From an uncultured Chloroflexia bacterium (GTDB lineage: Bacteria; Chloroflexota; Chloroflexia; Thermomicrobiales; UBA6265), in the NCBI GenBank assembly GCA_963724295.1, contig CAVRUC010000013.1, positions 480,001 through 544,000 of the forward strand: 64,000 nucleotides of DNA. Reading direction: 5' to 3'. Both the position numbers and the translations under genes were made by a program. Under the pieces are notes generated by a model, which saw only the letters and a program-made list of their open reading frames with translations, did no database searches and was not told the origin of the DNA. Positions 23,843 to 34,931 of the stretch are shown here, piece by piece (the stretch's first letter is position 1; every line of letters starts with the position of its first letter).

Positions 23843-23964
23843 CTTGTCTCCTCCGCCTGCTGCCTGAGTGCCGCTGTCGCGTCAAGTGTGCCCCGAATGG
23901 CCCGCGAGTGCGGAAGCAGGGTGAGTTGGTACATTGCTCGAGACGGCGCCTGCTGCCCACCCTG

Positions 23965-23993
23965 TGTCATTCCGAGCCGCGGCGAGGAATCTC
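23965..23993 (+). repeat. TGTCATTCCGAGC...CGAGGAATCTC intergenic repeat, copy 1
   Basis: Matches 59335-59365. Confidence 0.7.
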
Positions 23994-24086
23994 GGCGGTC
24001 CTTTCCGGCATCCGGCATACACTCCCGCCCAGGTGAAGTCTTGCCGGGGTGCGCGAGCTCCTCGACGAAATGAGGGAGTTACCACC

Positions 24087-24497
24087 ATGCCGCCTACCGA
24101 TGAGGCCGTCCGCCTGGCCCGCCTGCAGGCCGTCTTCTACATCGTGACCGGTGTCTGGCCGTTTCTGAGCATCCGCTCCTTCGAAGCCGTCACCGGACCA
24201 AAGGTCGATCGCTGGCTGGTGAAAACCGTGGGGGCATTGGTAGCGGTCATCGGAGCCGCGCTGGCCCTCGCCAGCCGCCGCCGGCAGCTTGCTCCGGAGA
24301 TCGTGGTCGTCGCGGCCGGCAGCGCCGCCGCCCTGGCGGCGATCGATACCGTCTACGTCGCCAAACGCCGCATCTCACCGGTCTACCTGCTCGACGCGGT
24401 CGCCGAGATCGCCCTCGTCGCCGGCTGGGCGCGGCTCTGGTCGCAGAGCTCACGTGGCCTCCCTGCTGACCAGGCAGTCGCTGAGACACATCAATGA
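24087..24497 (+). CDS. small membrane hypothetical protein
   Basis: TGVWP...SFEAVTGPKVDRWLVKTVG, ISPVYLLDA; GAGGGAG SD. Confidence 0.8.
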   Translation: MPPTDEAVRLARLQAVFYIVTGVWPFLSIRSFEAVTGPKVDRWLVKTVGALVAVIGAALALASRRRQLAPEIVVVAAGSAAALAAIDTVYVAKRRISPVYLLDAVAEIALVAGWARLWSQSSRGLPADQAVAETHQ

Positions 24498-24557
24498 CGA
24501 ACTTTCCGCGTGGGATCTATCTGGACCGGTGGCCAAGGCAACGGACGGACTAAGGGA

Positions 24558-24830
24558 TCAGGTTCCGCGGCGATCTGTCTCTAGTTTGTGGCTCTGCTCG
24601 CGGACGGGAGCAAGCTCGGGCGGCTCGAAGCTGGTTTTCGACCACAGGCCACCGCTGATCAGGTCGGGGTCGTACACGAACCAGGTTGCGCCATCGGCGC
24701 ACTCGGCAACGGCGCGGCCATCGGGCCAGGCGGCGACCACCGTGCACCCGTCAGGTGGGATGAGCTCCGCCCCGAGCGTGAGCATCAGGGACAGAGCGGC
24801 CGAGACGATCATGGTCCACTCCCGCCACAT
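24558..24830 (-). CDS. small secreted hypothetical protein with a Cys pair
   Basis: Signal-like N-terminus, GCTVVAAWPDGRAVAEC; co-oriented downstream of second LuxR. Confidence 0.5.
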   Translation of the reverse strand: MWREWTMIVSAALSLMLTLGAELIPPDGCTVVAAWPDGRAVAECADGATWFVYDPDLISGGLWSKTSFEPPELAPVREQSHKLETDRRGT

Positions 24831-24951
24831 AAGTACGGGAGACCCATTGACCCCCGGCGCCAGACGCCTGGCACCGTCCGAGCATGCGCCGCTCCGCCCA
24901 CGGTGACATGGGTGCTGAGCACCTATCCAATTACCTAATTGGGTGGAGGTC

Positions 24952-27378
24952 CTAGGGCATACCGAGTCGCGCGGCGATCGCCACCGCGTCGCGACGGTTG
25001 GTGGCGCCGAGCTTGCCGAGGATGCTGGAGACGTGGTGCTGAACCGTGCGCCGACTCAGAAAGAAGCGGTCGGCGATCTCCGCATCGGTGTGGTGCTGGC
25101 ACAGGAGCGCGAGCACCTCGCGCTCGCGGCGGGTGAGACCCGCTGAGAGGGGCGCAGCCGCCTCATCCCGGGTCGGATCACGAGCGGCGGATGCCGGATC
25201 CGGGAGGACCGTCGGTGGCGCGGGCGCGCCGGTCGACCGCCAGAGCGCCGCGACGCGATCCGATCCCAAAATGGCCTCGGCCATGGCGACGGCGACGGCG
25301 ACACCCTGTTCCATCGAAAGCACGGCCCCTGCGCGCCGGAGGTCGGCCAGTGAGGCAGCGCCGAGATCGGTTTCTAGCCGGTCGAGGCACCAGGCCGCGA
25401 TCACGCGGTCCTCGGGCCAAATGGCGCCGCCGGTGCACGCGTCCATGACGTCAGCAGCGCCAAGCAAGCGCGCCGCGACCTCGGGTCGATCGCTGCGCGC
25501 GGCCACGGCGGCGATGGCCCAGAACAACCGTGGCAGGAACGGGTGATCCTGCAGCATCCAAGCCAGTGCCATCGCTTCGATGAAGCAGGCCGCCGCCTCC
25601 GGCACGGCGCCCTCCTGAAACCGCACGTATCCCAGCCCGCACACCGCATGGCTGCGTGTCCAGGCGCCGCCAGGGAGGCGCGCCATCGCGATCGACTCTG
25701 TAAATCGATCGGCTGCCAGCACAGCATCGCCGGCCGTGGCCGCGATGGTCGCTCGGTCACAAAGCGCGGAGGCGACGCGCAACGGACCCACGTTGTCCTC
25801 CACGCCTAGTCCGCGCGCAAGGGCCTCCGCTTCCGCGAGCAGGGCGTCGGCTCGCTCGAGCTCTCCCCGCTTGTAGGCCAGCATCCCGCGTCCCACCAAA
25901 CTATCTGAGAGCAGGAGCGGATCGCCCACCTCCCGTGCCAGCGCCAACCCCTGGTCGAGCAATGGCTCGGCGGCGTCGTAGTCGCCCTGGTGGTCCGCTA
26001 GCCACCCGGCATCACCCCACACGCGGGCTCGGAGCGCCAGCGGCACCCCGGTGTCGTTCGCCATTGCCCGGCCGAGCCACAGCCGTCCTTCATCGAACCG
26101 GGCCAGCATCCGCCAGGGATACGACAGGGCCGCGCTCAGGCGATTGAGCGACATCGAGTCCCCTCGCTCGGAAAACCACCCAAGCGCCTGCCGGAGGTTG
26201 CCCTGCTCTTCGGCAAATCGCCACATCCACATTTCATCTTCGGGTTTGGCGTCATCGTCGTATGCAACCGCGAAGCGAAGGAAGTACGTCGCGTGCCGAG
26301 CGCGGGTTTGCCATTCTTCGCCGCTACCCGCGAGTTGCTCCAACCCAAACTCCCGCACCGTCTCCAGCAAGGCGAAGCGCGGGGTCACCGGATCCGCGCT
26401 CGCCTGGCGGACGACCAGGCTCTGCTCGACCAGAGCATCGAGCCGGGCGAGCACATCCGGGAGCGCCAGCCCGCTGATCACAGCCGCGGCCTCCAGCGTC
26501 CAGCCACCGGCGAAGACGGAGAGGGTGCGGAAGACGGCTTGCTCCTCCGGAGAGAGCAGCGCATGGCTCCAGCCAATCGCGTCCCGCAGCGTCTGCTGCC
26601 GCGCGGGTGCATCACGCGGTCCTGGCCCGAATACCTGGAGGCGCTCGCCGAGGAGTGCCACCATCGCCGCCGGTGTTAGCGTGCCGGAGCGGGCTGCGGC
26701 CAGCTCGATGGCCAGCGGCAGCCCATCCAGATGCCGACACAAGTCGGTCACCGCGGTAGCGTTCTGCTCAGTCACGGTGAAGCGTGGGTCGGCGGCTCGC
26801 GCCCGTTGCATGAAAAGCGCGACCGCCGGCGCGGTACGAACATCATCCACGGTCGAGATGCCCGCGGAGGGAACCGCCAGTGTGGGAACAGGCAGGATCT
26901 GCTCGCCTCGCACACGGAGGGGAGTTCGGCTGGTGGCCAACACCTGTACTGCCGGGCAGTGTTCGAGCAGCACTGACACCAGCTCCGCTACTGCAGCGAT
27001 GACGTGCTCGGAGTTATCGAACAGCAACAAGGTCTGCTGGGAACGGAGCTGCCGGACCAATGCGTCCACGAGCGGGTAATTGGGGGCCGGGGCGAGCGCC
27101 AACGCCGCTGCCAGGGTCGCCGGCACGAGGGTGGGATCACGAAGGGGTGCCAGGTCGACCCAGACGACCCCATCGCCAAAGTGGCGAGCGACATCCGTCG
27201 CGATGGCCAGGGCGAGGCGCGTCTTGCCGACGCCCCCGGGTCCGGTCAAGGTCAGAAGGGGAGTGGCTTCCTCGAGGAGGAGCATCCGCCCCGCCTCGCG
27301 CTCAGCCTCCCGACCGATGAGGCGGCTGCGCGAGATGGGGAGCGATCCGAGCAGGATCGACGCGGCAGATGTAGCCAT
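24952..27378 (-). CDS. STAND ATPase-TPR-LuxR transcriptional regulator (paralog 2)
   Basis: [42 protein letters not shown]. Confidence 0.93.
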   Translation of the reverse strand: MATSAASILLGSLPISRSRLIGREAEREAGRMLLLEEATPLLTLTGPGGVGKTRLALAIATDVARHFGDGVVWVDLAPLRDPTLVPATLAAALALAPAPNYPLVDALVRQLRSQQTLLLFDNSEHVIAAVAELVSVLLEHCPAVQVLATSRTPLRVRGEQILPVPTLAVPSAGISTVDDVRTAPAVALFMQRARAADPRFTVTEQNATAVTDLCRHLDGLPLAIELAAARSGTLTPAAMVALLGERLQVFGPGPRDAPARQQTLRDAIGWSHALLSPEEQAVFRTLSVFAGGWTLEAAAVISGLALPDVLARLDALVEQSLVVRQASADPVTPRFALLETVREFGLEQLAGSGEEWQTRARHATYFLRFAVAYDDDAKPEDEMWMWRFAEEQGNLRQALGWFSERGDSMSLNRLSAALSYPWRMLARFDEGRLWLGRAMANDTGVPLALRARVWGDAGWLADHQGDYDAAEPLLDQGLALAREVGDPLLLSDSLVGRGMLAYKRGELERADALLAEAEALARGLGVEDNVGPLRVASALCDRATIAATAGDAVLAADRFTESIAMARLPGGAWTRSHAVCGLGYVRFQEGAVPEAAACFIEAMALAWMLQDHPFLPRLFWAIAAVAARSDRPEVAARLLGAADVMDACTGGAIWPEDRVIAAWCLDRLETDLGAASLADLRRAGAVLSMEQGVAVAVAMAEAILGSDRVAALWRSTGAPAPPTVLPDPASAARDPTRDEAAAPLSAGLTRREREVLALLCQHHTDAEIADRFFLSRRTVQHHVSSILGKLGATNRRDAVAIAARLGMP

Positions 27379-27529
27379 CGGCAAGTTCCCAGCAGAACGG
27401 CGAACTCCTGCTACGCAAAGTGTGCCTGATTCCACGAGAGCGATCTGTCGAGAGGATTGTCGGGGCCGGTGACGGGCGTATGAGACCCAAGTGGGTGCTA
27501 CGGCCCTCTCGGCGGTCGGCCGCGGTCGC

Positions 27530-27619
27530 TTTCGCAACGCGGTCTCGTTCCCGGAGCGCGGAACTGCCCTCGACGTCGGTGAAGAGAAAGGTGACGGTCC
27601 CTGAGGGGAGATCGGACAT
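27530..27619 (-). pseudogene. N-terminal fragment of class III adenylate/guanylate cyclase
   Basis: MSDLPSGTVTFLFTDVEGSSAL.ERD, after which similarity is lost. Confidence 0.75.
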
Positions 27620-27745
27620 AGTCGGCGTCCGTCCATGCGGCTGGTTGTGATTCCTGCCGATTGTCGCATGCGACGGATGGGCGTGGGTTAGAGCCTCACG
27701 GTCTCGTCATCACAATCACCCGAATCTGCTGTGACAGCCTGGCTC

Positions 27746-27773
27746 TTGACATAGGATCGCCTCCCTCTAGTCT
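27746..27773 (+). promoter_or_regulatory. sigma70-type promoter for NlpC/P60 gene, implying a ~200-nt leader
   Basis: TTGACA-16 nt-TAGTCT. Confidence 0.55.
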
Positions 27774-27974
27774 GGATCATGGCCGAGTGCCGCCGATAAC
27801 CGGCGGCGAACGGTGCGGTCGACATGGGACGAACGATTCTCGTCAGGCTGGGATGGACTGCCGGGATGATCGATCGCGAACCCCGCTGAAAGGGGAGAGA
27901 GCCAGGTTCACCACCGCCCGACACCTGCGGGTCGGTCAAGGGGCTGCTTGACCGGAAAGCACGGAGGGAAGGCC

Positions 27975-29082
27975 TTGAAGTTCCGAGCAAGGATCGCGCG
28001 CGGTCACCTGATCGTGCCGATCGCCTGTTCACTCATTGTCACCACGCTGTCGTTCTCAACGGCGACTGCCGCGTACGGAAATCCGGAGGGGACAGGCACG
28101 GTCGCCCTCTACCAGGACGCCGCGCAGGATCCCTCCACTGGAGAATGGGTCGAGCCGGCTGCCACCGACGTCGCGCCGGAGACGGCGAGCAAAGAGACTC
28201 TCGCCGATGCATCGGCCCCGGTCGATCCCGCGCCGGACGAATGGACCGACCCGGCGCCTGTGGATCCTGCTTCACCTGCCTCTGACGTCGATCCCGCCAC
28301 CGGCGAGTGGATCGACCCGGCCACCGTGAAAGAGGTCGAGCCCGCGCCGGTTGATGCGGCCCCGGTCGCTCCAGCGCCGTCCGACGCGCCGGCGCCGAAC
28401 ACGCTGGGCCCGAGCTGGGGTGAACATTGGGGAGAGCCGATCGCCACGGCCTACATCGCGGGCACGGGTGGCGATGGCGCCCCGTGTCTCGCTGCCCCGC
28501 AGTGGGGGGCCGAGACGCTTGCCATTTTCGGTGAAGGCGAGCCCGTCGAGGTGCGGGCGGAAACCATGGGCGAGTGGCAGCCGGTCAACTGTGCTGGCGT
28601 CGGCGGCTACGTCCACGTCGCCCTGATTGCGTGGACCCCTGTGGGATCGCTCGGACCCGGTGACCGCCGGCGATCAACCGGGACGCCGGAACGGCAGCAG
28701 CGGAGAGGCCGTAGGCCAGCAGATCGTCGACTTCGCCATGCAGTTCCAGGGCTACCCCTATGTCTATGCCGGCGAGGGTCCGTATGCCTTCGACTGCTCG
28801 GGGTTCACGATGTTCGTGATCAACAACACGCTCGGCATCGGCGTTCCCCACGACATGGCGGTCCAGTATCAGATGGGGCGATCGGTCAGCCGGGATGAGC
28901 TGCAGCCGGGCGATCTCGTCTTCTTCGCCAATACCATTCAGCCCGGGATGTCCCACGACGGCATCTACATCGGCGGCGGGCAGTTCATCCACGCCGAGAC
29001 CGAATCGAGCGGGGTGACAATCAGCGACCTCGCGTCCGAGTACTACAGCTCGCGCTGGTACGGCGCCGTGCGGTTTGCCTAG
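27975..29082 (+). CDS. secreted SH3b + NlpC/P60 (C40) peptidoglycan endopeptidase, frameshifted near 28650
   Basis: Signal, DP.TGEW repeats, SH3-like GEWQPVNC..GGYV; second frame GYPYVYAG..FDCSGF, LQPGDLVFF, HDGIYIGGGQFIHA. Confidence 0.85.
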
Positions 29083-29327
29083 ACGGCGAGAGCACGGCAG
29101 CCGGACCGAATCGCTCAGTCACTCTCCTGCTTCCGGTGATTCGGCGCGCAATCCTGCCCCGGTCGTGGTTCGGGTCACGCTACAGACGCGTGACCGCGAC
29201 TGCCCACACCCGATCGACTGATCCCCTGTGGTCGGTATCAGGTTGGGTCGCGGGGGCGGAGAGGACGTTCAGAAGGACCGACCTCTCCACCCCAAGAGCG
29301 CAAAGGGTCAAGCTCCTGCGATCTCGG

Positions 29328-30800
29328 CTACGGAACTGGCGTCGCTGCCGTCTCGGACGGCGGCTCTACTTGGGCAGTCTCCGCGCCTTCGGGCACCTGG
29401 TCGGCGGCGACCAGTCGCCAGACGGTTCCCTCTGGGTTCTCCGAGGGGTCGTAATAACGGCCGTAATCACACCCGCACGCCGTCACGAAGAGGTTGCCGG
29501 ACTCGTCAGTTCCCGCGCCCGTCACCAACAACTCGGTATCGAGCAGCTGCTGGTAGATCCAGGTGCCGTCCTCACCCCGCTTTAACCCCCAGACCTTGCC
29601 AGCGCAAAAGTCCGAATTGAAGTAGATCCCGTCTAACGCGGGGAACTCGTCACCCCGGTAGACATCGATGCCGATGATCGAGCAACCGTCAGCCCCTTGC
29701 CGGTACTCGGCGACCGGCAACTCACCGACCTGGGTGCGTGGGCAGTCATCCACCGAGGCGGGGTAGCAGTGGCTCGCTTCCAGCCAGTCCCAGCCGTAAT
29801 TCTGGCCACCTCCGGCACTCGCAGGCTGGACGTTGATCTCCTGCCAGGTGAACTGGCCGACGTCGGCAATGTAAAAGTCGCCAGTCTCGGCATCCCACGA
29901 GAACTGCCAGGGGTTCCGTAGGCCGTAGGCCCAGATCTCGCGGCGGGCCTCCGGGTGATAGTCAGCCGCCTCCAGATTCAGCCCCTCCGTCTCGCCGATG
30001 ACGTCGGTGATCTGATTTGATTGGACGACGCGCGCCTCCGCGAAGGGGTTGTCGGCCGGGATTCCGTATGGCTGGTCACCGGCCGCCTCGACGTCAATCC
30101 GCAGCAACTTGCCGAGGAGCGACGACAGGTCCTGGGCAGTATCGTACGGGTCGCCGCCCCCGCCACCGTCGCCCGACGCAATATAGAGGTAACCGTCTGG
30201 GCCGAATTTGATGGTACCTCCGTTGTGATTGACGTAGGGCTGATCGAACGACAGCAGCAGCCGGCCACTTGCCCGATCGGCCACATCCGGGTTGTCCTCC
30301 GAGACGCGGAACTCCATGACGAAGGTGTCGCCGTTCGTATGGAAGTCGGTGAAATTGACATAGAACCGGCCGTTAGCGGCGTAGTCCGGGTGGAAGGCCA
30401 ACCCGAGGATCCCTTGCTCCAAGTAGTCGCTCTGGACCAATTCGGACAGGTCGAGGAACGGCTCGGCGAGAAGGGTGCCATCCTTATCGATGATCCGAAT
30501 GCGGCCGATCCGCTCAATCACGAAGAGCCGGCCACTGCCGTCGTTCGCGGCGGCGACGTTGATCGGGTCGGCTAAGCCGTCGGCGACTTTGACAAGCTGG
30601 ATGGCTGGGTTGCCCGGGAGCGTCCCACCGGGCTGAACCGCGCCCCCGCCGGATCCGCCGCTTTGGACAGGATTGAGGGTCGGGGGTAAGCCGGTGGGTG
30701 TGGCGTCTTGGGCGTCGACCCTCGGAGACGCGATGAGGACTTGTCCTCCCGCCACAGCGAGCACGACGAGTCCGATGAGCAGCTTCCTCGCGCGGAGCAT
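29328..30800 (-). CDS. PQQ-dependent sugar (glucose/sorbosone) dehydrogenase
   Basis: GLAFHPDY, NHNGG..FGPDGYLYI..GDGG, GLRNPW. Confidence 0.93.
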   Translation of the reverse strand: MLRARKLLIGLVVLAVAGGQVLIASPRVDAQDATPTGLPPTLNPVQSGGSGGGAVQPGGTLPGNPAIQLVKVADGLADPINVAAANDGSGRLFVIERIGRIRIIDKDGTLLAEPFLDLSELVQSDYLEQGILGLAFHPDYAANGRFYVNFTDFHTNGDTFVMEFRVSEDNPDVADRASGRLLLSFDQPYVNHNGGTIKFGPDGYLYIASGDGGGGGDPYDTAQDLSSLLGKLLRIDVEAAGDQPYGIPADNPFAEARVVQSNQITDVIGETEGLNLEAADYHPEARREIWAYGLRNPWQFSWDAETGDFYIADVGQFTWQEINVQPASAGGGQNYGWDWLEASHCYPASVDDCPRTQVGELPVAEYRQGADGCSIIGIDVYRGDEFPALDGIYFNSDFCAGKVWGLKRGEDGTWIYQQLLDTELLVTGAGTDESGNLFVTACGCDYGRYYDPSENPEGTVWRLVAADQVPEGAETAQVEPPSETAATPVP

Positions 30801-31045
30801 GTCACTCCTCCTTGGTGTGAGGGGTTAACAACCGGATCGGTCCCGGAGTACGGGCATCCTACGGCCCGGAATGAGGAGGGGCAACACTGACCGGGGCTGT
30901 CCGCCCGCCCTAAACGACCCCTCCCCAATCGGCTGCACACCCGGGCAGCACCCGGCGGGTTGTCGCCCCTGGGCCGACCTTGGACTATCAGTTGCGGGTG
31001 CGCTCCTCGCTCCCTAGAATCGCGCCACGTGGAAGGAGCGCAGCG

Positions 31046-31903
31046 ATGATTCCGACGGAGACCTTCGGCAGGACCGGTCACCAGAGCACTCGCACCATCT
31101 TTGGCGCGGCGGCACTCAGCGATGTGACGCAGGCTGAGGCGGACCGCACGATGGAGCTGCTGCTCCGCTTCGGCGTCAACCACATCGACACCGCCGCCAG
31201 CTATGGCGACTCGGAGCTGCGGCTCGGTCCCTGGATGGAGCAGCACCGCGCCGACTTCTTCCTGGCCACGAAGACGGGCGAGCGGACCTACCAGGCGGCG
31301 TACGACCAGATCCGCCATTCCCTGGAGCGATTGCGCGTCGACCAGGTCGACCTCATCCAGCTCCACAACCTCGTCGACCCCGCCGAATGGGAGACGGCGC
31401 TGGGACTGGGCGGGGCGCTGGAGGCGGCCATCCGGGCCCGCGAGGAAGGGCTCGTGCGCTTCATCGGCGTGACCGGCCATGGCATGACGGTGGCCGCCAT
31501 GCACGCGCGTTCTCTGGAGCGCTTCGACTTCGACTCCGTGCTGCTGCCCTACAGCTATTCGATGATGCAGAATCCGAGCTACGCGGTCGACTTCGAGGAG
31601 CTCGTCGCTCGCTGCCAGCAGCGAGGGGTGGCGGTGCAAACGATCAAGGCGATCACCCGGGCGCCCTGGGGAGACCGGCCGCAGACGGCCGCCACCTGGT
31701 ACGAGCCTCTCCGCGATCCGGCCGCCATCGACCGCGCCGTGCACTGGGTTCTCGGCCGGCCGGGCATGTTCCTGAACACGGTCGGCGACATCGCGGTCCT
31801 GCCCCAGGTCCTCGACGCTGCCGGCCGCTTCCGCGAGCGGCCGTCCGACGAGGCGATGCGGGAGATCGCCGAGCAGCAGGCCATGGAGCCACTGTTCGTC
31901 TGA
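31046..31903 (+). CDS. aldo/keto reductase
   Basis: [36 protein letters not shown]. Confidence 0.93.
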   Translation: MIPTETFGRTGHQSTRTIFGAAALSDVTQAEADRTMELLLRFGVNHIDTAASYGDSELRLGPWMEQHRADFFLATKTGERTYQAAYDQIRHSLERLRVDQVDLIQLHNLVDPAEWETALGLGGALEAAIRAREEGLVRFIGVTGHGMTVAAMHARSLERFDFDSVLLPYSYSMMQNPSYAVDFEELVARCQQRGVAVQTIKAITRAPWGDRPQTAATWYEPLRDPAAIDRAVHWVLGRPGMFLNTVGDIAVLPQVLDAAGRFRERPSDEAMREIAEQQAMEPLFV

Positions 31904-31964
31904 ACGGCACCCGGCGCCGCGCCTCAGATGACCCTGGCAGACCCGGTCGCGATGCCGTCTCCGC

Positions 31965-32552
31965 TCATGCGCCGATGACGACCCGGTCGCGGTGGTGGCG
32001 ATCGTCTCGCGATTCAGCGGGCCGAGCGGTCACGACGCGCAGCGGACGTGGAGAGCGCACCTCGTCGGCGGCCATGACGGCGCTGGGATCGGCAACGATG
32101 ATCAATTCATCCCCGATGGCCTGAATCTCGCCGGCCGCGATGCTACCGTGCTCACCGGATCCCGCCGCGATCACATCCAGCGCCGTCAGCCGGTGCGAGG
32201 CATCGCCGAACTGAATGGTCGCGACGTGCCCCAGGCACGTTCCGCTTTCGGTCATCACCGTGCGTCTGAGTAGTTCCTCGAGATCGATCAAGTCGCCGCG
32301 TCTGGCCTCGACGGCGAGGTCGCTGTGCACCACCGAGATATCGCTGATGGTGACGGCATCCGGGCCGAAGGCGTGGACGTCCGCGATCTCCACCAGCCCC
32401 GATGTCCCGCCGCCAAAGAGCCCACCCTTGTGAAAGGTGAAGCCGACGACGGCCAGGCGGGCCGGATCGAAGTAGACGTGATCGATAGCGCCGAGCGTCG
32501 AACCGTCGGCAAGACTGATAACCGGCGTTCCCTTGACCAGCCGCGTGGTCAT
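31965..32552 (-). CDS. tandem PRC-barrel domain protein
   Basis: G.PVIS..DG..LG.I..VYFD ... HAFGPDAV; second repeat VMTESG..LG.V ... AIGDELII. Confidence 0.85.
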   Translation of the reverse strand: MTTRLVKGTPVISLADGSTLGAIDHVYFDPARLAVVGFTFHKGGLFGGGTSGLVEIADVHAFGPDAVTISDISVVHSDLAVEARRGDLIDLEELLRRTVMTESGTCLGHVATIQFGDASHRLTALDVIAAGSGEHGSIAAGEIQAIGDELIIVADPSAVMAADEVRSPRPLRVVTARPAESRDDRHHRDRVVIGA

Positions 32553-32737
32553 AGCGTCCTCCTCATTGCACCTGCGTTGTCATGCGGGACACCGGTGAGA
32601 ACGCAGAATTGGTGCCACGGAGTCACCGAGCGGATGCGAGCATCGCCTCGTTGCGGTCCCGAGCCGCTGCCGCATCCTGCCTGACTCGGACTGAAGAGCC
32701 GCGCCAGGGCGTGGCGATCGTGCGTCGCGAGACTCAT
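32549..32737 (-). CDS. possible small hypothetical protein
   Basis: AAAGAG SD-like sequence, overlaps start of PRC gene. Confidence 0.35.
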   Translation of the reverse strand: MSLATHDRHALARLFSPSQAGCGSGSGPQRGDARIRSVTPWHQFCVLTGVPHDNAGAMRRTL

Positions 32738-32812
32738 GTCAAGCTCTTTCGCGTTCGGGTGCCAAGCCCAGCTTCCACCACTCATCTGATGTGAGGACCG
32801 CTGGGCCGTGAT

Positions 32813-33259
32813 CTACGTGACGCGCGTGTAGGTGAGGTCGAAGTCATGGTCCCAGCGCGAGCCATCGCTCGACTTCTCCCACCGGGCCGCGATCGTCGAG
32901 CCGTCATCGCTGAGCGTGCCGGTGAAGCGCTGCGAAAATTCCGGGGCTGACCGCCACTGCTTCCACACGCCGTCGCCAAAGCTCATCTCGTAGATCCGGG
33001 AGACACCCCGCGCGTCGAAATAGAGCATGGAGTAGGTCTCAGTCTTTTCGTCGCGGCCGATGACGGCGACGGACCCGGAAGGACCCGACCACTCGACCCC
33101 CGCCCGCATCACCAGGAACGCTCCTCCTTCTAGCCATTCGAACGAGACAGTGCCGCGCACGGGGGTCTCGGGATCAGCTGGAAACGCAATCTCGACGCTC
33201 CACTCACCAACCAACGGCTCGAGGTCGCTGAGGGCGGGATTCGGCGTCTGGGGCTCCAT
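32813..33259 (-). CDS. beta-barrel hypothetical protein (DUF1579-like)
   Basis: LEPLVGEW...FEWLEGGAFL...YFDARGVSRIY...DFDLTYTR. Confidence 0.8.
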   Translation of the reverse strand: MEPQTPNPALSDLEPLVGEWSVEIAFPADPETPVRGTVSFEWLEGGAFLVMRAGVEWSGPSGSVAVIGRDEKTETYSMLYFDARGVSRIYEMSFGDGVWKQWRSAPEFSQRFTGTLSDDGSTIAARWEKSSDGSRWDHDFDLTYTRVT

Positions 33260-33399
33260 TAGCTAACTAATCCTTTCGCTGTCGACGCGGTTGGCCACGG
33301 CGCCGCGGCTCTAAAGCACCGGCAGCTCGCGTGCCCTGCTCTTCAATCTCAAGGTGGACGATGCAACGGAAAGCAGACACCAGGACCACCTCAGGCCGT

Positions 33400-34579
33400 C
33401 TATCCAGGCGGAGCAAGCAGACGATAGACGGCTCCCTGAATGTCGACGACGTAGAGCTCGCCGGCGGCATCTTCACCGAATGAGCTTATCCGCAGCCCGG
33501 TCTCGACGGGGTCCAGCCGCGTCCAGGTGGTGCCTGCGTCTCGGGACCAGCCCCCAGACCCGGCCGCTGCAGTAGTCGGCGAACAGGTAGATGCCTTCCA
33601 GCTCCGGCATCTCAGTTCCTCGGTAGACATAACCGCCGGTGACGACACAGCCCTCATCATGGTCGAATCCGGAGACGGGCGCCACGAACTCGTCGCAGCC
33701 TCCTTCGGCGCGGCACTCATGTCCCTCCATCAAATTCCAGCCGTAGTTCTCGCCCCCCGGGCTCGCCGCCGGTTGGTAGCTCACTTCCTCGTAGGTGCCC
33801 GACCCGACGTCCCCGATCCACAGATCACCCGTGACCCGATCGAAACTGAAGCGCCACGGATTGCGCACCCCGTACGCCCAGATCTCGGGACGCGCCCCCG
33901 GCTGGTCGACGAAGGGGTTATCGGGCGGGATCCCATAGGGGAGGGTGCTGGATGGCCTGTCGACGTCGATGCGCAGGATCTTGCCGAGCACGGTGCTCAG
34001 ATCCTGGCCATTCTGGCCGTTGCCGCCACCCCCATCACCGAGCCCGATGTAGAGATAGCCGTCCCGCGGCCCAAAGAGGAGCAGACCGCCATTGTGGTTC
34101 GCCGCCGGTTGGTCGACGGTCAGGATCACCTCGGCACTCGCCGGGTCAGCGCGATTCGGATCCGTGGCCGAGACCTGATATCGAGCGACGACGGTGTCGC
34201 CGTTCGTGTCGGTGTAGTCGACGAACGACTCGCCATTGTTCGCGTAGTCGGGATGGAAGGCGACGCTGAGCAACCCGCGCTCGCCGCAACAGCTGACCAG
34301 ATCGCTCAGGTCCAGGAACGGCTCGGGGAGGACCTGACCATCCTGGACGATGCGGATGCGCCCCGACTGCTCGACGACGAAGAGGCGGCCGCTGCCATCG
34401 CCCGCATCGACCACCTGGACGGGTTGATCGAAGCCGTTGGCCACCAGATCCAGGCCGAAGTCGACTACACCTGATTGGCGTGCCGCAATCCCCGTTCGCC
34501 CGGCCAGGACGACAGCAACCGCAACCGCAAGTGCAAGTGCAACGTGAAGGAGCCCAACACGCGCGACGAGCCTCAGCAA
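33400..34579 (-). CDS. PQQ-dependent sugar dehydrogenase (paralog), frameshifted near 33545
   Basis: [30 protein letters not shown]-terminus [16 protein letters not shown] in adjacent frame. Confidence 0.88.
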
Positions 34580-34589
34580 CCGAGTCGCC

Positions 34590-34931
34590 TCAGGAGTCCG
34601 CCGGCTCGCTCTGAGCCGTCGTGCCGGCGATGCGCAGCAGCTCCACCGCTGGTGGCTCCAGCAGGATCGTGCTCAGATCACGCAACCAGGCCCGGGTGCT
34701 GTCCTCACCGCCCACCCCTTCCTCGCGGAAGACCTCGAAGGCGTCCAGCGTGGGCAGCCCCAGCTCGTACTGGAGAGCGGGGCCGCCCTGTGGTCGCGTC
34801 AGCGGCACGAGCAGCCGCGCCTCCAGTCCCTGCCCTCGCGCGGCCTCGACCTCCTGCTCGAGCAGGGCCAGGGCTCGCTCTCGATCGACCGGTTTGATGC
34901 TGTACGAAAAGCGCGCGACGAACTTGGACAT
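34590..34931 (-). CDS. small dimeric alpha-beta barrel (NIPSNAP-like) hypothetical protein
   Basis: GGGGTGA SD; ferredoxin-like pattern. Confidence 0.65.
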   Translation of the reverse strand: MSKFVARFSYSIKPVDRERALALLEQEVEAARGQGLEARLLVPLTRPQGGPALQYELGLPTLDAFEVFREEGVGGEDSTRAWLRDLSTILLEPPAVELLRIAGTTAQSEPADS

